The translations under genes were made by a program, and so were the position numbers. A DNA stretch of 64,000 nucleotides from Klebsormidium nitens (taxonomy: Eukaryota > Plantae > Klebsormidiophyceae): contig DF237313.1 of the NCBI GenBank assembly GCA_000708835.1, positions 1 through 64,000 of the forward strand, in the 5' to 3' direction. The notes under the pieces are model-generated. The model had not been told where the DNA came from, searched no databases, and worked only from the letters and a program-made list of their open reading frames with translations. Of this stretch, positions 47,904 through 60,800 are shown piece by piece. The first letter of the stretch is position 1; the number at the start of each line of letters is the position of its first letter.

Positions 47904-50900
47904 CTAACACCAAGCCGCTTGAATTGCAACAACAGGCACCCGCTGGGCGACGGCCTGCCACGCGTCGACGGTTTGCCACGTGTCCCCAGTCGCTTCCTCC
48001 TTCTCGAAATGGTCAACAAACTTCCTGGCTCCACGAACCGACACAACGTACCCATCGAAGCAGTCATTTGTCAGCGTCCCTTCGACCAGACTCTTGCTGA
48101 CGTCCTCCACCGCGCAAGGGTACACCCTCTGTGCCAGGTCACACTCCGTCCGCGCGCGCACAAAGTTGCTCCACCCCCCTACCAGGAGGAGATCGTAGTT
48201 ATCCATGTCAACCAGCATGTTGCACTGATTGAGGCGGTTAAGATCCATAAGATCGGTAGACAGGGCTTCCTTAGCCCCAAGCACTAACCCGGCTTCGAAC
48301 CCGTCGAGAAGACCGGGGTCGCTCAAACTAGAGGCGCCGGAAGTAACTTGTTCTGCAGAATCGGCAGAGCTTGATGGCTCCCCATTAACGACCCTCTGAG
48401 CTTCATTACTAGCGGCTTCCGTATCAGCTAAATTTTGCGGCTGCGCTCCTTCAGAACTGGGCCGCAAGAGAATCTTGTACGCGGCCACTCGCGCATTGCC
48501 CGAGTCATGGGTCGTCAGCCCGAGGCTCTCCAGACGTTTCACGGCGCCTGTCCTTTCTCCACTGGAGCTCCGCCCTCTGCTTCTATCTCTTTCTTCCACT
48601 TTGAATTCGTTGCCGGATGCGCGCACTTCGTCATCGCTATCCTTCTCAACCGTTTCGGTGCCACCAAACCGGCCCTTGTCTTGTTTCTCTGATCCGTTGT
48701 CGTACGCTAAGAGAGCAAGGAGTCGGTCCTGCGCCCTGAATTTCGCCATTCCTGGCCGTTTCTCCACTTTATACCGCACCAATCCTTGGAGGCCGCGTAG
48801 CACCCCCGTCGTATACGCTTTCATCCCGTTCAGATCCGGACCCAACACTTCGTCCGCATACGCATGCATCCGGTTGACCATAGCGTCCGCCTCCTCTCCG
48901 TTCGCCAGAACCCACTCAATCGCCGCCGTCAGATTGCTCAGGTTGTAATCGACGGGCACGAAATGCTCCCACGGCCGCAGTCCCAGCTCATAATACTCCC
49001 AGCACGGAGTCCGCTGTTTCAGCAAAACCGTCCCCATGTGCAATTCGTGCTTCAACCGGTTGGCCCACCCACAGTTGCCCTCCACATGGATCACTGCCCG
49101 GTACGCCTCCTGCTCCGCCCGGGACAACCGCGGCCGTCCACGTGTCACCATCCCCGCGGCCCACTCCCGAAATCCCCCTACCTGGTCCGTGTCGGACAGC
49201 ATGACGTCATACAGCTCCGGCCGCGACCCCGCGCGCACTAGAAAAACCAGCCGCTCGCGGCCGCAGCGCTGCCACGTGTCCTCGCTGACCGCCACCTTGT
49301 CTCCACCCCACCCCCGGTCGTCTGCGTCTAGGAAACAGCCCCGGCCGCCGCCCCCCCGGAAGACCGCCTTGCGGATGCGCAGCGCGGGCGAGTGCGCGGC
49401 GCGCGCGGCGCGCGCGTCCTCGAACGCGGCGGCCCATCGGCGCGGGGGCCCGTCCACGTGCTCGAAGTAGGGGAAGGGAATGTCAGCGGAGCCGTCGCAG
49501 GAAACGACGTTCAGGATCGGAAGGCTGACGTCAGCAGCGTCAGACACTCTGGCGGGGTGATGCTGTCTCTGAGTCACGATGCAGTCCTGGGCGTGGAGAA
49601 GCGATCATTATGAGAAGAAAATGGAACTCCTGCGTTCTACATCTCAGCCGAAAATGTTCAACGGTTACCACAGCTGAAGATCGACAGACGAGAATGCACC
49701 AACCCAGCGTCTGCAAGAAAGGGGGTTAGTCAGCAGCTTCGAACGGACATTGAGGTCATTTTTCCAGCCGTTTGTACCTCGTATTATCAGTGCATCGTTG
49801 CTGCAAAACCACGTCACTCTTCTGGCCCACCAAAAGCCCTCCGCGTCTACCGTTAATGTCAAGTCGCACTTGAACCATCTACGAGATCTTTCACCCGAGT
49901 GTCTCTCCAGGGCTTTTTTCCGTGACCTGCAGTGCTTTCAAAACAGTATACGCCTATCTTCGAACGTCATAGTATTACCCCTCGGAGGGCGAAAAAATGG
50001 ACAAAATGGTTCCTGACCGCCACAGGTTACGAATGAAAGCTTGACTATCAACCGGTGCCATTCCATTGTCATGAATACGGTGGATTGAACTACGACACAC
50101 CCCTACGGAGGATACGATTATAGAGAAACAGAGAGACACTTTGAAACGGGAAGTATTCCTCGTTTCGACGCACAGTCATTTGAGAAGCTTCTCACGTCGT
50201 GTAGAGAACAGATCCTGCCAGGCTTTGATTCTGTTTAGAGGACTTCTGATAACAGCGCCATGAAGCGAATCTGTTTCGAACATTCTTTTGAGGGATTGCT
50301 GAATAACGTGACAGATGCCCGCTGTAATTCGGGTTCAGATAGTGGTTCAGATGAATTAGATCTCAAAGTAAATCTCATAACAAGCTGCAACTCCATCTCA
50401 GATAGATATATCGAGTTAGGGATGACTGGAAACATACTTTGAAGCGGGTAGGGTCCGGCCAACAGTCAAGTGCGCGCGCGCGCGCTGGCACCCACCTCTT
50501 GGCACAACAGGAACTCCACGTCACCTCCATCTTCAATGTCCCGCATTATTTCGCTGATCAGTTCCAGTCGCATGTTGTACCGGAAATGCATAAATTCCCA
50601 AGGAAACCTCCCTCCCCTGTGCTCGTAATACAGCTTGCCTTCAATAATCTGTACGTCCCGGCACGATTCCCGGTCCCCCGATCGAAGCCCACTTGCGTTG
50701 TGGGAGCGGAAACTGGGTCTAGTGAGTACTCCTCAAGAGCCTGTGTGACCATTTGTTGGATCAGGGGAGAAAGGGGAGTGAGACTCCCCAGAGCGATTCG
50801 CTTGTCAAGGCTCGGACGAAAGTGGGTTCCAGCTGGCAACCTTGCGATTGATACCTCTCTCAGACGGGCATTCAGTGGATTCATAATTGAGGTGAGCGTT

Positions 50901-50998
50901 GTGAAATAGCTCCTGGAGATGAGGGACAGCACTGTAATAGCGGCCACCCAGACTAGCCAACTGCAGACATAGCGCGCGGGCTTGGCAGCCAGAGCCAT
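47904..50998 (-). CDS. Type II membrane glycosyltransferase family 90 (CAP10/KDELC/POGLUT-like) with an additional C-terminal GT25-like region
   Basis: N-terminal anchor YVCSWLVWVAAITVLSLI. GT90 motifs VQIIEGKLY, DVEFLL, DIPFP, KAVFRG, YRAVIHVEGNCGWANRLKHEL and LRPWEHFVPVDYNLSNL. The main exon is 49589-47904. The 5' part needs a 44 nt intron or a frameshift near 50650-50690. An alternative start lies at 51073. Confidence 0.8.
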
Positions 50999-52400
50999 GG
51001 CGCCACCTAATGAAGTATACGACCGACTGGCCCGAATGAGCCCGATCGGTTCGCTTAAGGGTCTCTCAGACATATGCCAGATCTAGGCACAACTGCATCA
51101 TCGCCTCGTCGTTTTCAGACTACGTCAAATCAGCGGCCTGCGTTCCGCTCTGGGCAACGTTTGAACGGAGCTCGCACTGGATCTTAGTTGAGGGAAGCGC
51201 CAGATTCGTCAGAAAGGAGCGTTGGTCGGCAGTAAAAGGGGTCGAGAAAGGACTATGCTACTGTTCGCCGGAATGATTGTCGCTATGCCTACGTGATGCT
51301 GTCGTTTCCAAATGATTCCGTTCCGTTTGTGCCTGGAAGATACGTACGGCCAGCATGGGTCAGCTGAGCGTTATTCGGAAGAGCTGGCAGCGGAAGAGTA
51401 GACGATTCAAACTCTACGAGCTGCTTCGTGCACTTGAGAGGCCCTGCTTAGCTGAAGTCACCTGTCTTTTCTAACAAAGCCAGGAGATTCTTCAAACAAG
51501 AAAGCTATCATGTTTGTTCTTGCTCGCTCGCACGTTGTCAGAAGGTCACTTGTCGAGTCTCTCTGTTTCTCAGTGCACTCCCGTCTAAGGGGGTGAAAGA
51601 CGACGTGATTGGCCGGCGGTCGCTGTCAAATTGATTGTACGGATATGCAGAAAGAATCAAACATGATCAAACATGAATTGTGGCTGGTTATACATGGCCT
51701 TCTGATGTAAAGCACAGTTCAAAGTCTGATTGATTGCACTATGTTTGAGTGTGGTCCTATAGCTACTTGCTATTTTCTAAGATTCCATATAATGATTCAA
51801 GAGTGGCCCAAAAGACACAGATGATGTGATTGGGGATCTCGAAGGCCGGAACGCATCACAACTGCCCTTCACCTTTGCCCGGGGGTATGATTCATTGTGT
51901 TGATGTCATGATTGGGTGATCGAGGCATACGAACATCCAAGATTTTTCCCGCATCTCGGGCAATGGTTCACGGTCCCTGAAGTGCTTCAGCAACTGGTCC
52001 CGTCGGACCGAGCTGTGAAAGTTTCGTGCCGGTGACAATCCCACCTTGGTAATGCCGAGCTTCTTTCCTTTCTTCTAATCTATAAATTCGATTCCAACAC
52101 CTTCTCCGGCTGTTCTGGAGAGAAAAACATCAGTAGATTACCATGGGAGCGATCAATCCCCTCTGATTTCCATTTATTACAGCCCGTTAACGGCCAGCTG
52201 GCAGGTTAGGACAGCACCTAGCACATGCATTTGCATCTTTCTCGGTGCAGGTTGGACCTAAACAACGTTCAGTGCTTAGTATGTTCGTGCTAGCGAGGGA
52301 CTGTACGCCTGTTTTAGAGTACTGCATTTGAACAAGACTGTTGAGGTAGCCTTATCCGGTCCTCCATTTGCACCAAAGGCTCGCACAGACATGCCGAGTC

Positions 52401-52548
52401 TCTCCGTCGCTTTCTTCATCGAGGTCAGCGGTCGCATATCGAGGAAACCTTTTCGTGGCCGTCAGATCTAGCCACGTGACAATTTGGACGGCAGGTGACG
52501 TTACCGGTTCGTTTCGCCCACAAGACCTTCGATTCTTGCAATCATATA
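52401..52548 (-). repeat. Unidentified structured dispersed element, copy 3 (inverted; only the tail is visible before the assembly gap)
   Basis: The reverse complement TATATGATTGCAAGAATCGAAGGTCTTGTGGGC...GGTAACGTCACCTGCCGTCC...GACGGC...CGACCGCTG aligns with the tails of copies 1 and 2. Confidence 0.85.
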
Positions 52549-53221
52549 NNNNNNNNNNNNNNNNNNNNNNNNNNNNNNNNNNNNNNNNNNNNNNNNNNNN
52601 NNNNNNNNNNNNNNNNNNNNNNNNNNNNNNNNNNNNNNNNNNNNNNNNNNNNNNNNNNNNNNNNNNNNNNNNNNNNNNNNNNNNNNNNNNNNNNNNNNNN
52701 NNNNNNNNNNNNNNNNNNNNNNNNNNNNNNNNNNNNNNNNNNNNNNNNNNNNNNNNNNNNNNNNNNNNNNNNNNNNNNNNNNNNNNNNNNNNNNNNNNNN
52801 NNNNNNNNNNNNNNNNNNNNNNNNNNNNNNNNNNNNNNNNNNNNNNNNNNNNNNNNNNNNNNNNNNNNNNNNNNNNNNNNNNNNNNNNNNNNNNNNNNNN
52901 NNNNNNNNNNNNNNNNNNNNNNNNNNNNNNNNNNNNNNNNNNNNNNNNNNNNNNNNNNNNNNNNNNNNNNNNNNNNNNNNNNNNNNNNNNNNNNNNNNNN
53001 NNNNNNNNNNNNNNNNNNNNNNNNNNNNNNNNNNNNNNNNNNNNNNNNNNNNNNNNNNNNNNNNNNNNNNNNNNNNNNNNNNNNNNNNNNNNNNNNNNNN
53101 NNNNNNNNNNNNNNNNNNNNNNNNNNNNNNNNNNNNNNNNNNNNNNNNNNNNNNNNNNNNNNNNNNNNNNNNNNNNNNNNNNNNNNNNNNNNNNNNNNNN
53201 NNNNNNNNNNNNNNNNNNNNN
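52549..53221. other. Assembly gap (673 N)
   Basis: Run of N read directly. Confidence 0.99.
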
Positions 53222-53235
53222 AGAGATGACTCATA

Positions 53236-53287
53236 ACCGGTCATGACCGGTAGCATCATATCATATGATGGTCCGGGACCAGGTCCC
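53236..53287. repeat. Cluster of short palindromes at the gap edge
   Basis: ACCGGTCATGACCGGT (16 bp, perfect), CATCATAT-C-ATATGATG, GGTCC-G-GGACC and GGGACC-A-GGTCCC, back to back. Confidence 0.85.
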
Positions 53288-54078
53288 ATAGAAAGCTTGC
53301 TGATGAGAAACTTGACATCTCATATTACAGTCATGTTAACTGGCCTGGAACATTACTGAAGGTTTGAGCATGACATCACATTCGACATGAAGCAGAAACT
53401 TTCAATCTGCGACGCTTCAAACTTGCGAAAGAGAAGGCTGCAGGAGATGAGCATACTCCTCCGCTCTTCGTGTGTGCGCGAAGGAAGCTCGATGGGACTG
53501 TGTAATTGAAGCCCGTACTATTGACTGTCTCATATTATTTGTAGAAATACTCGTATCTTCCTAAACCTTGCTTTGGTCAGTGGCGGTGTTGACAAACGCG
53601 CACGACCACGGCAAAAAATGCGTCTGATTGAGCAGCCTTCCGACAAATTCTTTGCCATGTTTTGCCAGTGGAACTTGCGATGCATGTTTGAACAAAGAGC
53701 TCTCGATCTTGTTTGAAATCATGCAAATCATGCGACTTACAGTCTTACACTCCTGTGCCTTATCGAGCAAAATGTCTGGATCATGCTTATAAGTAGTGGT
53801 TGGTTGTTGGTCCTGCCTCTTCCCTGCTCTCCGGCAAGCGCGACTCGCGGCGCGCTCGCGCCTGCTGGTGGCATCCACCGCTTCTACAAAAGCCTCGAAT
53901 TTGTAAAAGCTCCAAACCCGCCAATATTTATCGGCCGAAGTGCGGCCGCGTAGGCCGGTGCACCAGGCCCAGGGTGGCGGCCATTCTACCGAGGGCGCTC
54001 GATGTAGCAGGACGCATTCCAATTAGCAGCGTTCTTTGCAGAGTCCGCGAACAGAAGAAGCGCTGCTGAGGCGCCGCA

Positions 54079-55108
54079 ATGGCGACCCGCAGTCTCTTGA
54101 GGTCCTGCGCGTTTTCAGCTCTATCGCTTGTCCTCATCTTTGCGGTGTTTGTTCAGGAAGGGGCTTCGCTGACGCTTGAAGTCACTGTTCACGTGGATGG
54201 CAGCACCAGCTTGCCTGACCCGAGTCTCCTGAACGCCTTCCTGCGGAACCAAAGTGGTTTGCTCAACCCGCTGCTCCCTGACCGCCCTCCAATCCAGCTG
54301 CAGCTCTGCAACTCCAGCGTTTATTCCCAACCCTTTTATTTTTACACGCTGCAACACCCGGGAAGTTGCGCTAGCGCTCCAGGGTTGATAAGGAGCAAAC
54401 CGAAAGCTGCAAGGACGCTTGAGGCAATCTGGCTAGCATCAGCGGCAGTCATCTTGGTTGCGCTAGCTCTTGCGTGCCTGATCAGCCGTCGGTCAAACTT
54501 GTCAGCTGAAGATCTGGCAGACGGCGCGTTGCGCTGGTGCTATAAGCTGGTGCCCGGCGAACCTGACCGCAGAATGACCGCAGACGACCTTAGTACTTGG
54601 ATGATTTTCACCTCTTTGCCGGTGCCTTTTGTGCTAGGCCCCCTCTGCTTTGCGTACGTCGCCGTTGACAAACTCCTCCCAGCCCCGTTACCCGTCCAGC
54701 GGCCACAACGTTACGCTCAGCCTTTGCAACATCAGGAACGCCTTTCAGGTCTACATAGGCTTCTCAGACAGTTGTGACCAAGTGTCGGACTCTCTCTATC
54801 CAGGAGTCAGCCTCCCGCAGGTCGAAACGATTGTTTACAGCGATGACCACACTTTTAGCCAAGGCTGGGCACTGACCATTGTCCTATACTGTGCGGGCGT
54901 GGTCACTTGCGCCTTCTGGCTGCTCATCGCCGTAGGGGCGCTTCTTTACCTTGCGAGAGTCGTGAACTTTCTCTGCCAATGGAAACGGCCTCAGGCCAAA
55001 GTGCACGATGTTGAGATGCAGGACGCCACCAGCTTGTCAGACTCAGATGATGACGTAACGGGTGACGCAATCGGTAGTGGGTCGAATGTGGAAGGTCGGA
55101 CGGGTTAG
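54079..55108 (+). CDS. Intronless secretory-pathway membrane protein (signal peptide plus ~3 TM segments) of unknown function, interrupted by a 1-nt frameshift (sequence error or pseudogene)
   Basis: ORF 54079-54777 joins ORF 54650-55108 if one A is removed from AAA at 54670-54672. This gives a coherent topology with N-glycosylation sequons NQS, NSS and NVT. Confidence 0.6.
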
Positions 55109-56212
55109 CGCGGCTGCTCGTTGATCTTGGGCTTGAAGCAGGCTTGACGCTGGTAGATGATAAGCGATTGAGCTCAGCGAAGGCAGAGAACCACGTCAGT
55201 GATAGGTCGATAAGAGGGGAGTAGGATCACCTGTAAGCAAGCGGTAGATTTAAGATCCAAAACTAGAGGTCTTCATGGGCGGGCGATACAGAGAAGCGAG
55301 AAAAAGAGGGGCAAACTTACGTCTCTACGCGGTCACGCGAAACATATTTTAACGTGAAGGCGCGGTTCTTGACCTTTATTGCTTCTGAGGAATTTTAGTA
55401 CCTTGGCTCTGACTTTTGATGACCTTCAACTAGTTATAAGAGGCCTAGAAACCGTTTCATTGGCGGTTATATCTTGGCCCTCTAGCCGTCAACTTTCCGT
55501 AGTCTACGTGAAACCGTTGACGATCAACATGATGCTGCTTCTGTCCTTTGCTCACGTCCCCGACCCATTGAAGCGCATTTGTTTTGACGCCTTTCAGTGC
55601 TTTATGAAATAGGCCGAGTAGCACGATATGGGCGTCACATACATGCACCTTTCATGTACCAGCACTACGTACCAAGAATTTTCGAACAGCCAGCGGCTTC
55701 GTATTGGAATCCATGCGGATAAATAGACTACGGAAGAATCAGCCTCCCAATGACTGGTGCAATAAAAAGTCGATGAAAGCGGGCAATGGTCGAATCGGAA
55801 AAAGTGTCTTCATTGAGCCGCTTCTTGGGTGGATAATCCACCATGTTTAATCCGCTTCTTACGTTACACGTGTTGGATGAACACAGCTATCTATCTCGTT
55901 TTAAAAAATCAATTTAGCAGCTTAAACTCCCAATATGTGATTTGCAGTCCCGACTCGGAGCAACATCTTAGCAGTATGCTTATTGCCTCGCCGCTTCAAA
56001 TATACTTGTCAATGGTCCCCTCCAACATAGCAAATTGTCGCTCTTATTTATATGGATATTGAAGCGCAGCCAATATCTAGTAAGAGGTAAACGCTTGAAC
56101 TTGAGTCCTGGCTGCGAGCAGCCCCTCATATCATTCACGTGTCATTGGAAAGTGAGAGACATAGTGGTCTTGAAAGCTCAATAAGTTGTGGTTGTTCCGA
56201 TAGAGTAGAATA

Positions 56213-56577
56213 GGAAGACGGCAGAGGAGTGGTTCCTAAGCCTCTGGGGCGTTGCCCCGGCCAGAGAGAGCTCCCGAGGGAGCCCCCCCTGCCAGACGGA
56301 GGCCCTTGGCCTCAACGTCGGGGGATCACCCCCAGCGAGCAGACACCCCCCGAGAGGGGCTCACGGCGGAGGGCGTTCCAGCCCTTCAACGCGACGTCTC
56401 GCTATCTGCAGAGCCAGACAGCAGTTGTCGACATTTATATGGTCGCAAGAATCGAGGGTCTTGTGGGCGATGTAGGCCGGTGACATTAGCAGCCGTCCGA
56501 TTCCCAGATGGCAGGATCTGACGGCTACGAAGAGGTCACGCGCGACCGCTGTTCACGGCGTCCAAAGAAAGACGGAG
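56213..56577 (+). repeat. Unidentified structured dispersed element, copy 2
   Basis: The core at 56213-56370 is nearly identical to copy 1. The tail is homologous to copies 1 and 3. Confidence 0.92.
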
Positions 56578-57871
56578 CGCATCAGTGACGAAGCAAATCG
56601 TACAATCCAACAAGACAAGAGAAGATAAAGTTGCTACCCGCCCAACTCGAAGTGTTACATGGCACTGCTAAAGCTTCACAATCCCTTGATACGAATGCAT
56701 GATGTGTGAGTCTGAGCCGGACCAAAGCGGGTCCTGCTCGGAAGATGCCCACCCTCTGCCTCTCGGTCCTCCGGTCTCACTTCAAGGATGCAAGTTCAAT
56801 GAATGACTTTCGATCTCCTGTAAGATGAAAAGTATGAAGCAGACAGGGTTGGTGGAACTTGTACTATCTGCTGCGCATCCGAAGTGCAGTCTGATTACGT
56901 TGACAAGAATGACTTTGGCTGCGGATGAAAGCTGCAGAGAATCTTCGGATGCGCGTTTCAATGCTGCATGGAAGTAAATGAAGTACGACACGAGTCAAAG
57001 TCGTCTCTTTGGAATTACATCCAAGGTGCATTAAATTTGAACAGGCAACTTGGCGCCTTCTCTCGAGACGGGCTCGCCTGAGTGGCCAGTTCCCCGTCGT
57101 ACTCAAAGACGCATTGTCCTCCCACCAAGCGGGCACAGTTCGCTTGCTCTCATTCAGGACGACGTGCACGTACGGGATAGGGCTGCATACGGACTCAAGT
57201 CCTGAGAATTTTGACCAAAATCGACAGTGACGGGCAGCTTCTGCATGCGCATTCACGACGATTGGCATACCATGGCCGGCATTGCCAAATCAAGCATCAC
57301 CGTACTGAGGCCGGCTTTGCATATTGACAGAAGCATAATATCACAGTAGTATCATCACTGCTCCATCACTGCATCTATATACGAGCATGCAGGGTGATTG
57401 TTGAGTGGCCACATCGGCCGGATGCATACGTTACAGCAATTAGCGAGTATGCGCAATTATGTGGCCATCGAGTAATCAGCAGTGCATGCAGTGCACAGCT
57501 ATGTACGTGCTGTGCACAAATTAGTTCTGAACGTCCAAACCAAGCTTCGAAATCGAAAGAGCAGGCCGGTGACCCGCAGATTCCCAGCTTCCGACCGTCA
57601 ATCGGATGCATCTAGCGTTTCGAGCAAAGTTTTCAAAACAGGCCCGCACTCTTGAATATGTACAATTGTTCGCTCCATCTTGCTTCAAAGCCGTCCATCT
57701 CATGCCAAGATACCTTCTCGTCGTTCTGCCCGTCAATAGGCGCCTCACAACTTCGATCACGCCAACTTACTACCCAGCTCTGAACAGTTTTTCGATTAGC
57801 TGCATTTGAGCTTCTGCACAGCCATGTGTCATCGTGACCACAGCTTCGAAGCTTGGCTGCCTGCCTATACA

Positions 57872-60800
57872 TTACAAAGATTCACTGCCAAGGTGAGACG
57901 AGTGAAGCAGCTGGGAGTTCTGGTCGAGCCCCGCCGTCAGCCACATGCGTTCAATCTGCACAACTTGGATAGCGGCGATTCAGAAGGGTGAAGAAGCGAA
58001 GTCCGACCACTTTCGATTCTTTGAATCAATTCAATCGTTGAAATGGAGACAACAGTCTCTGTGACTATGGGTCCGCATTCCAAGCGTAAGAGGACGCCCT
58101 GGTAAGGCAAAGGTTTTCCTCAATTCTAATCTCTCAATCGCGAATGCTGTAAGGGACCATCCTGCCTGACCTTTCCGAACCCATTGGTTGTAACAATTGT
58201 TTGCAGTTGAGGAGACCGTAGAAGCAGGTCAAGAAAGACGCAATGTGTCCGATTCGAGAATCGGTCTTTTGGAAGAAGCCAGTACTTCTCCAGCAATTCG
58301 AGGGGCCAGCTCTTACCTCGTCGTATCTGAGGCGGCTGAGCCGTAACGGCCTGCCCCGCTTCAAGAAAGCGTCCTCCTGGAAAGACACGCGGTACGACTG
58401 GGTTGATAGAGCAGCATCTAAGTTGTACAACGCAGATCAGCAAGCGAACCAAAACGGTTGTGTATGTAATTCGCAGTTTTTCAAGAGAGTAAAGAAACTT
58501 GCTGTACTGGAAATTAACACTTGCACACACCTTACCGAGAAAGTGACCGGATTCTACAGCAAGAGTGTTTGACACCAATGTTCTGCAGGCTCCATATCGT
58601 TCTGCATCATGTCCTTCAGAGATCCGATCGAAAGAACATGGGCACTTTCAACGCTTTGTAGCATCTTTTCAACTTCAAAAATCATCCTTGACAAGACTCG
58701 CCGCCTCTGACACCAAACTAAATGCTTTCCAACGTTTAGCGCAAAGACACGAAGACACGCGCCGCACCCCCTCACCTCGCCGTGGACGTCTAGATAGATG
58801 GACGGCGCCATGCAGGCGCGGTCGCCCCTCAGGATCAGCATCTGGGTCGACCGGAGCAGCAGAAAGATACCGATGCCCATCCCACCTGCAGAAAACCACC
58901 TCTATTAGCGACTGTGCCAGAGTGATTACAGTGAACACAAGCCAACTTTTGACAGCAATTGGACGGGGCCCGACTCGTCACAGGATTTTAGCAGTAAGAA
59001 GAAGGAACGGTGGTCTGTGAAGGAAGCTGCGAAGACTGATGACGAGCAAGCGCTGCACTTGAACGCGCGAAAGAAGGCAGAGCGTCCGAGGGAAGGGGGT
59101 TCGCTGATCCGAGAGTTACTGCAGAATCAGGCAGACTGTCACTTTCACATCGGAACGGATTGCTGTCAGGATGCGCTTCCAGATCAGTCTGGACATGCGA
59201 GAGGGAGACGAAGGATTGTTCTACACGGAATGGATAACGGAGATCGATTCTCACAGATGCCCGCCCTGAGGAGGTAGAGGTTGAAAGGAGGCACTCACAC
59301 TCAGCCGCGTGTCGGGAGCACTCCCCTCGGCCCTCCACGTGGCAGCACTGGCTCTTGCAGCACACCAGCGTGCCGCACAGCAAACACAGCGCCGGCTCCC
59401 TGCACCAGGAGACGTCAGACCCACACGTCAGTTCTGACGACACCTTTGAGCGGCGCGCTTAAGGAGTCCTTTGACAGCCCCCGTACCTCAAAGAAGCCTC
59501 GTTTACGTCGCGGGAGATTGTATACATGCTTGCGGACAGGAGGGACTGATTCGGCTGTCGTAGGAAAATTTGCAGTGGATCTCACCTTGGCACCGTCCCG
59601 CATCGTCCACATTTGCGGTTCATCTCGGCCAGAAGCAGCTCCTGCCAACAACAAAAGTGAGCATCTCAACCAGAGGACCAGAATGAAGCGGAAGATTGCA
59701 GCCTGTTGTGCAAGCACGCCACATTTCTGGCGTCCAATCATTCCCAAAGCATCGGCCTGACTGATCGGGCTGCCTAAGAATCTCCCAGATCCGAAGCCGC
59801 TAGACTGCGCTGAATGTCAATCCTTCTCCTCACATAAGACGATGACGATGAGTCAACCATTCCCATGACTAAGAGGTCTGGGCTTGACAGTTCAACGCTT
59901 GTCTTCTCCATAGCCCATACGTAGGCCTACTTCGCATGCAAGTGCGTTTGTCTGAAGCGAGTACGCACCTGGAAGACGTCCGGCAAGTCGACGAGCTTGA
60001 GCTGCGCACGGCCTGAGAGGAGGAGGTGACGTGGCACGACCGGCGCTGTTGGCGGCATTACTGCAAACAAGCAGGGCAAGTTTTGAGCAGACTGGACTTG
60101 GAGAAATCGGATTGACTTGCAGACGGTGGAAGATCATGGCTTCCAACGAGCCCCGCTGACGGTCAGAGCGGTTGCCTTCTGCCGCCTCTACAGCACCACA
60201 GCCTAATGTCACCTAGCCCAAACACACTTTGGATCGCGGGGAGAAAGATTGGAAAACAGCGTGCCCAGCACTTGGCGACGAGCAGCGTGTTGTTCTCAAC
60301 CCGTCTTTCAGCAAAGAAACAGATCAGCGGCGTCTGCTTAGCTGCAGAACGATTTTAGAGCAACTCAAAAGCCCGTTGTCTCACCTTGTTTCGAAGGTGG
60401 AGCGATCCCCATGGCTTGAAGGACAGATGGAACGGGAGGCAGGCCCAAGTAGCGCTCCCAGTACTGGTAGCTCATAAGGTCACCTGCAACTCAGAAAGAG
60501 CGGCCTTAGAAGAATGCTTGCAAACATGGAACCAGTTCTTCGGTGGTTGTCAGGCTGTCCGACTGGTTTCATACTTTTAAGTGGGAATGGATGCACTGCC
60601 CTTTGAACCGCGGTTGATACAGAACCATAAGGGAGAATTGCGCACTGTGTGGCTGCCTGCTTCGAAAACCCTTGCATTGTGGATGGTCCAGAATTCCGGT
60701 GCTTGCGCTGCAGCAGATGGCCAGGAAAAGCGAATGGGGTCGCAACGACGTGTTCCACTTTACGACTTCCCATGAGCATTTTTGAGGGTGGCAATGTCTA

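Noticed and set aside
52368-53289. Four long ORFs (230-292 aa) in the ORF track
   Set aside because: They are artefacts of translating through the N gap.
53561-54022. 153 aa minus-strand ORF with a faint MBD-like look (WPPPW...RGRTSADKYW)
   Set aside because: The rest of the MBD motif is absent, there is no supporting splice structure, and it lies only ~57 bp from the opposite-strand gene. Probably chance.
58126-58250. LQTIVTTNGFGK segment as the PRT6 last exon with a non-canonical acceptor
   Set aside because: A canonical TGCAG acceptor at 57956 gives a better UBR-like terminal exon (IERMWLTAGLDQ).
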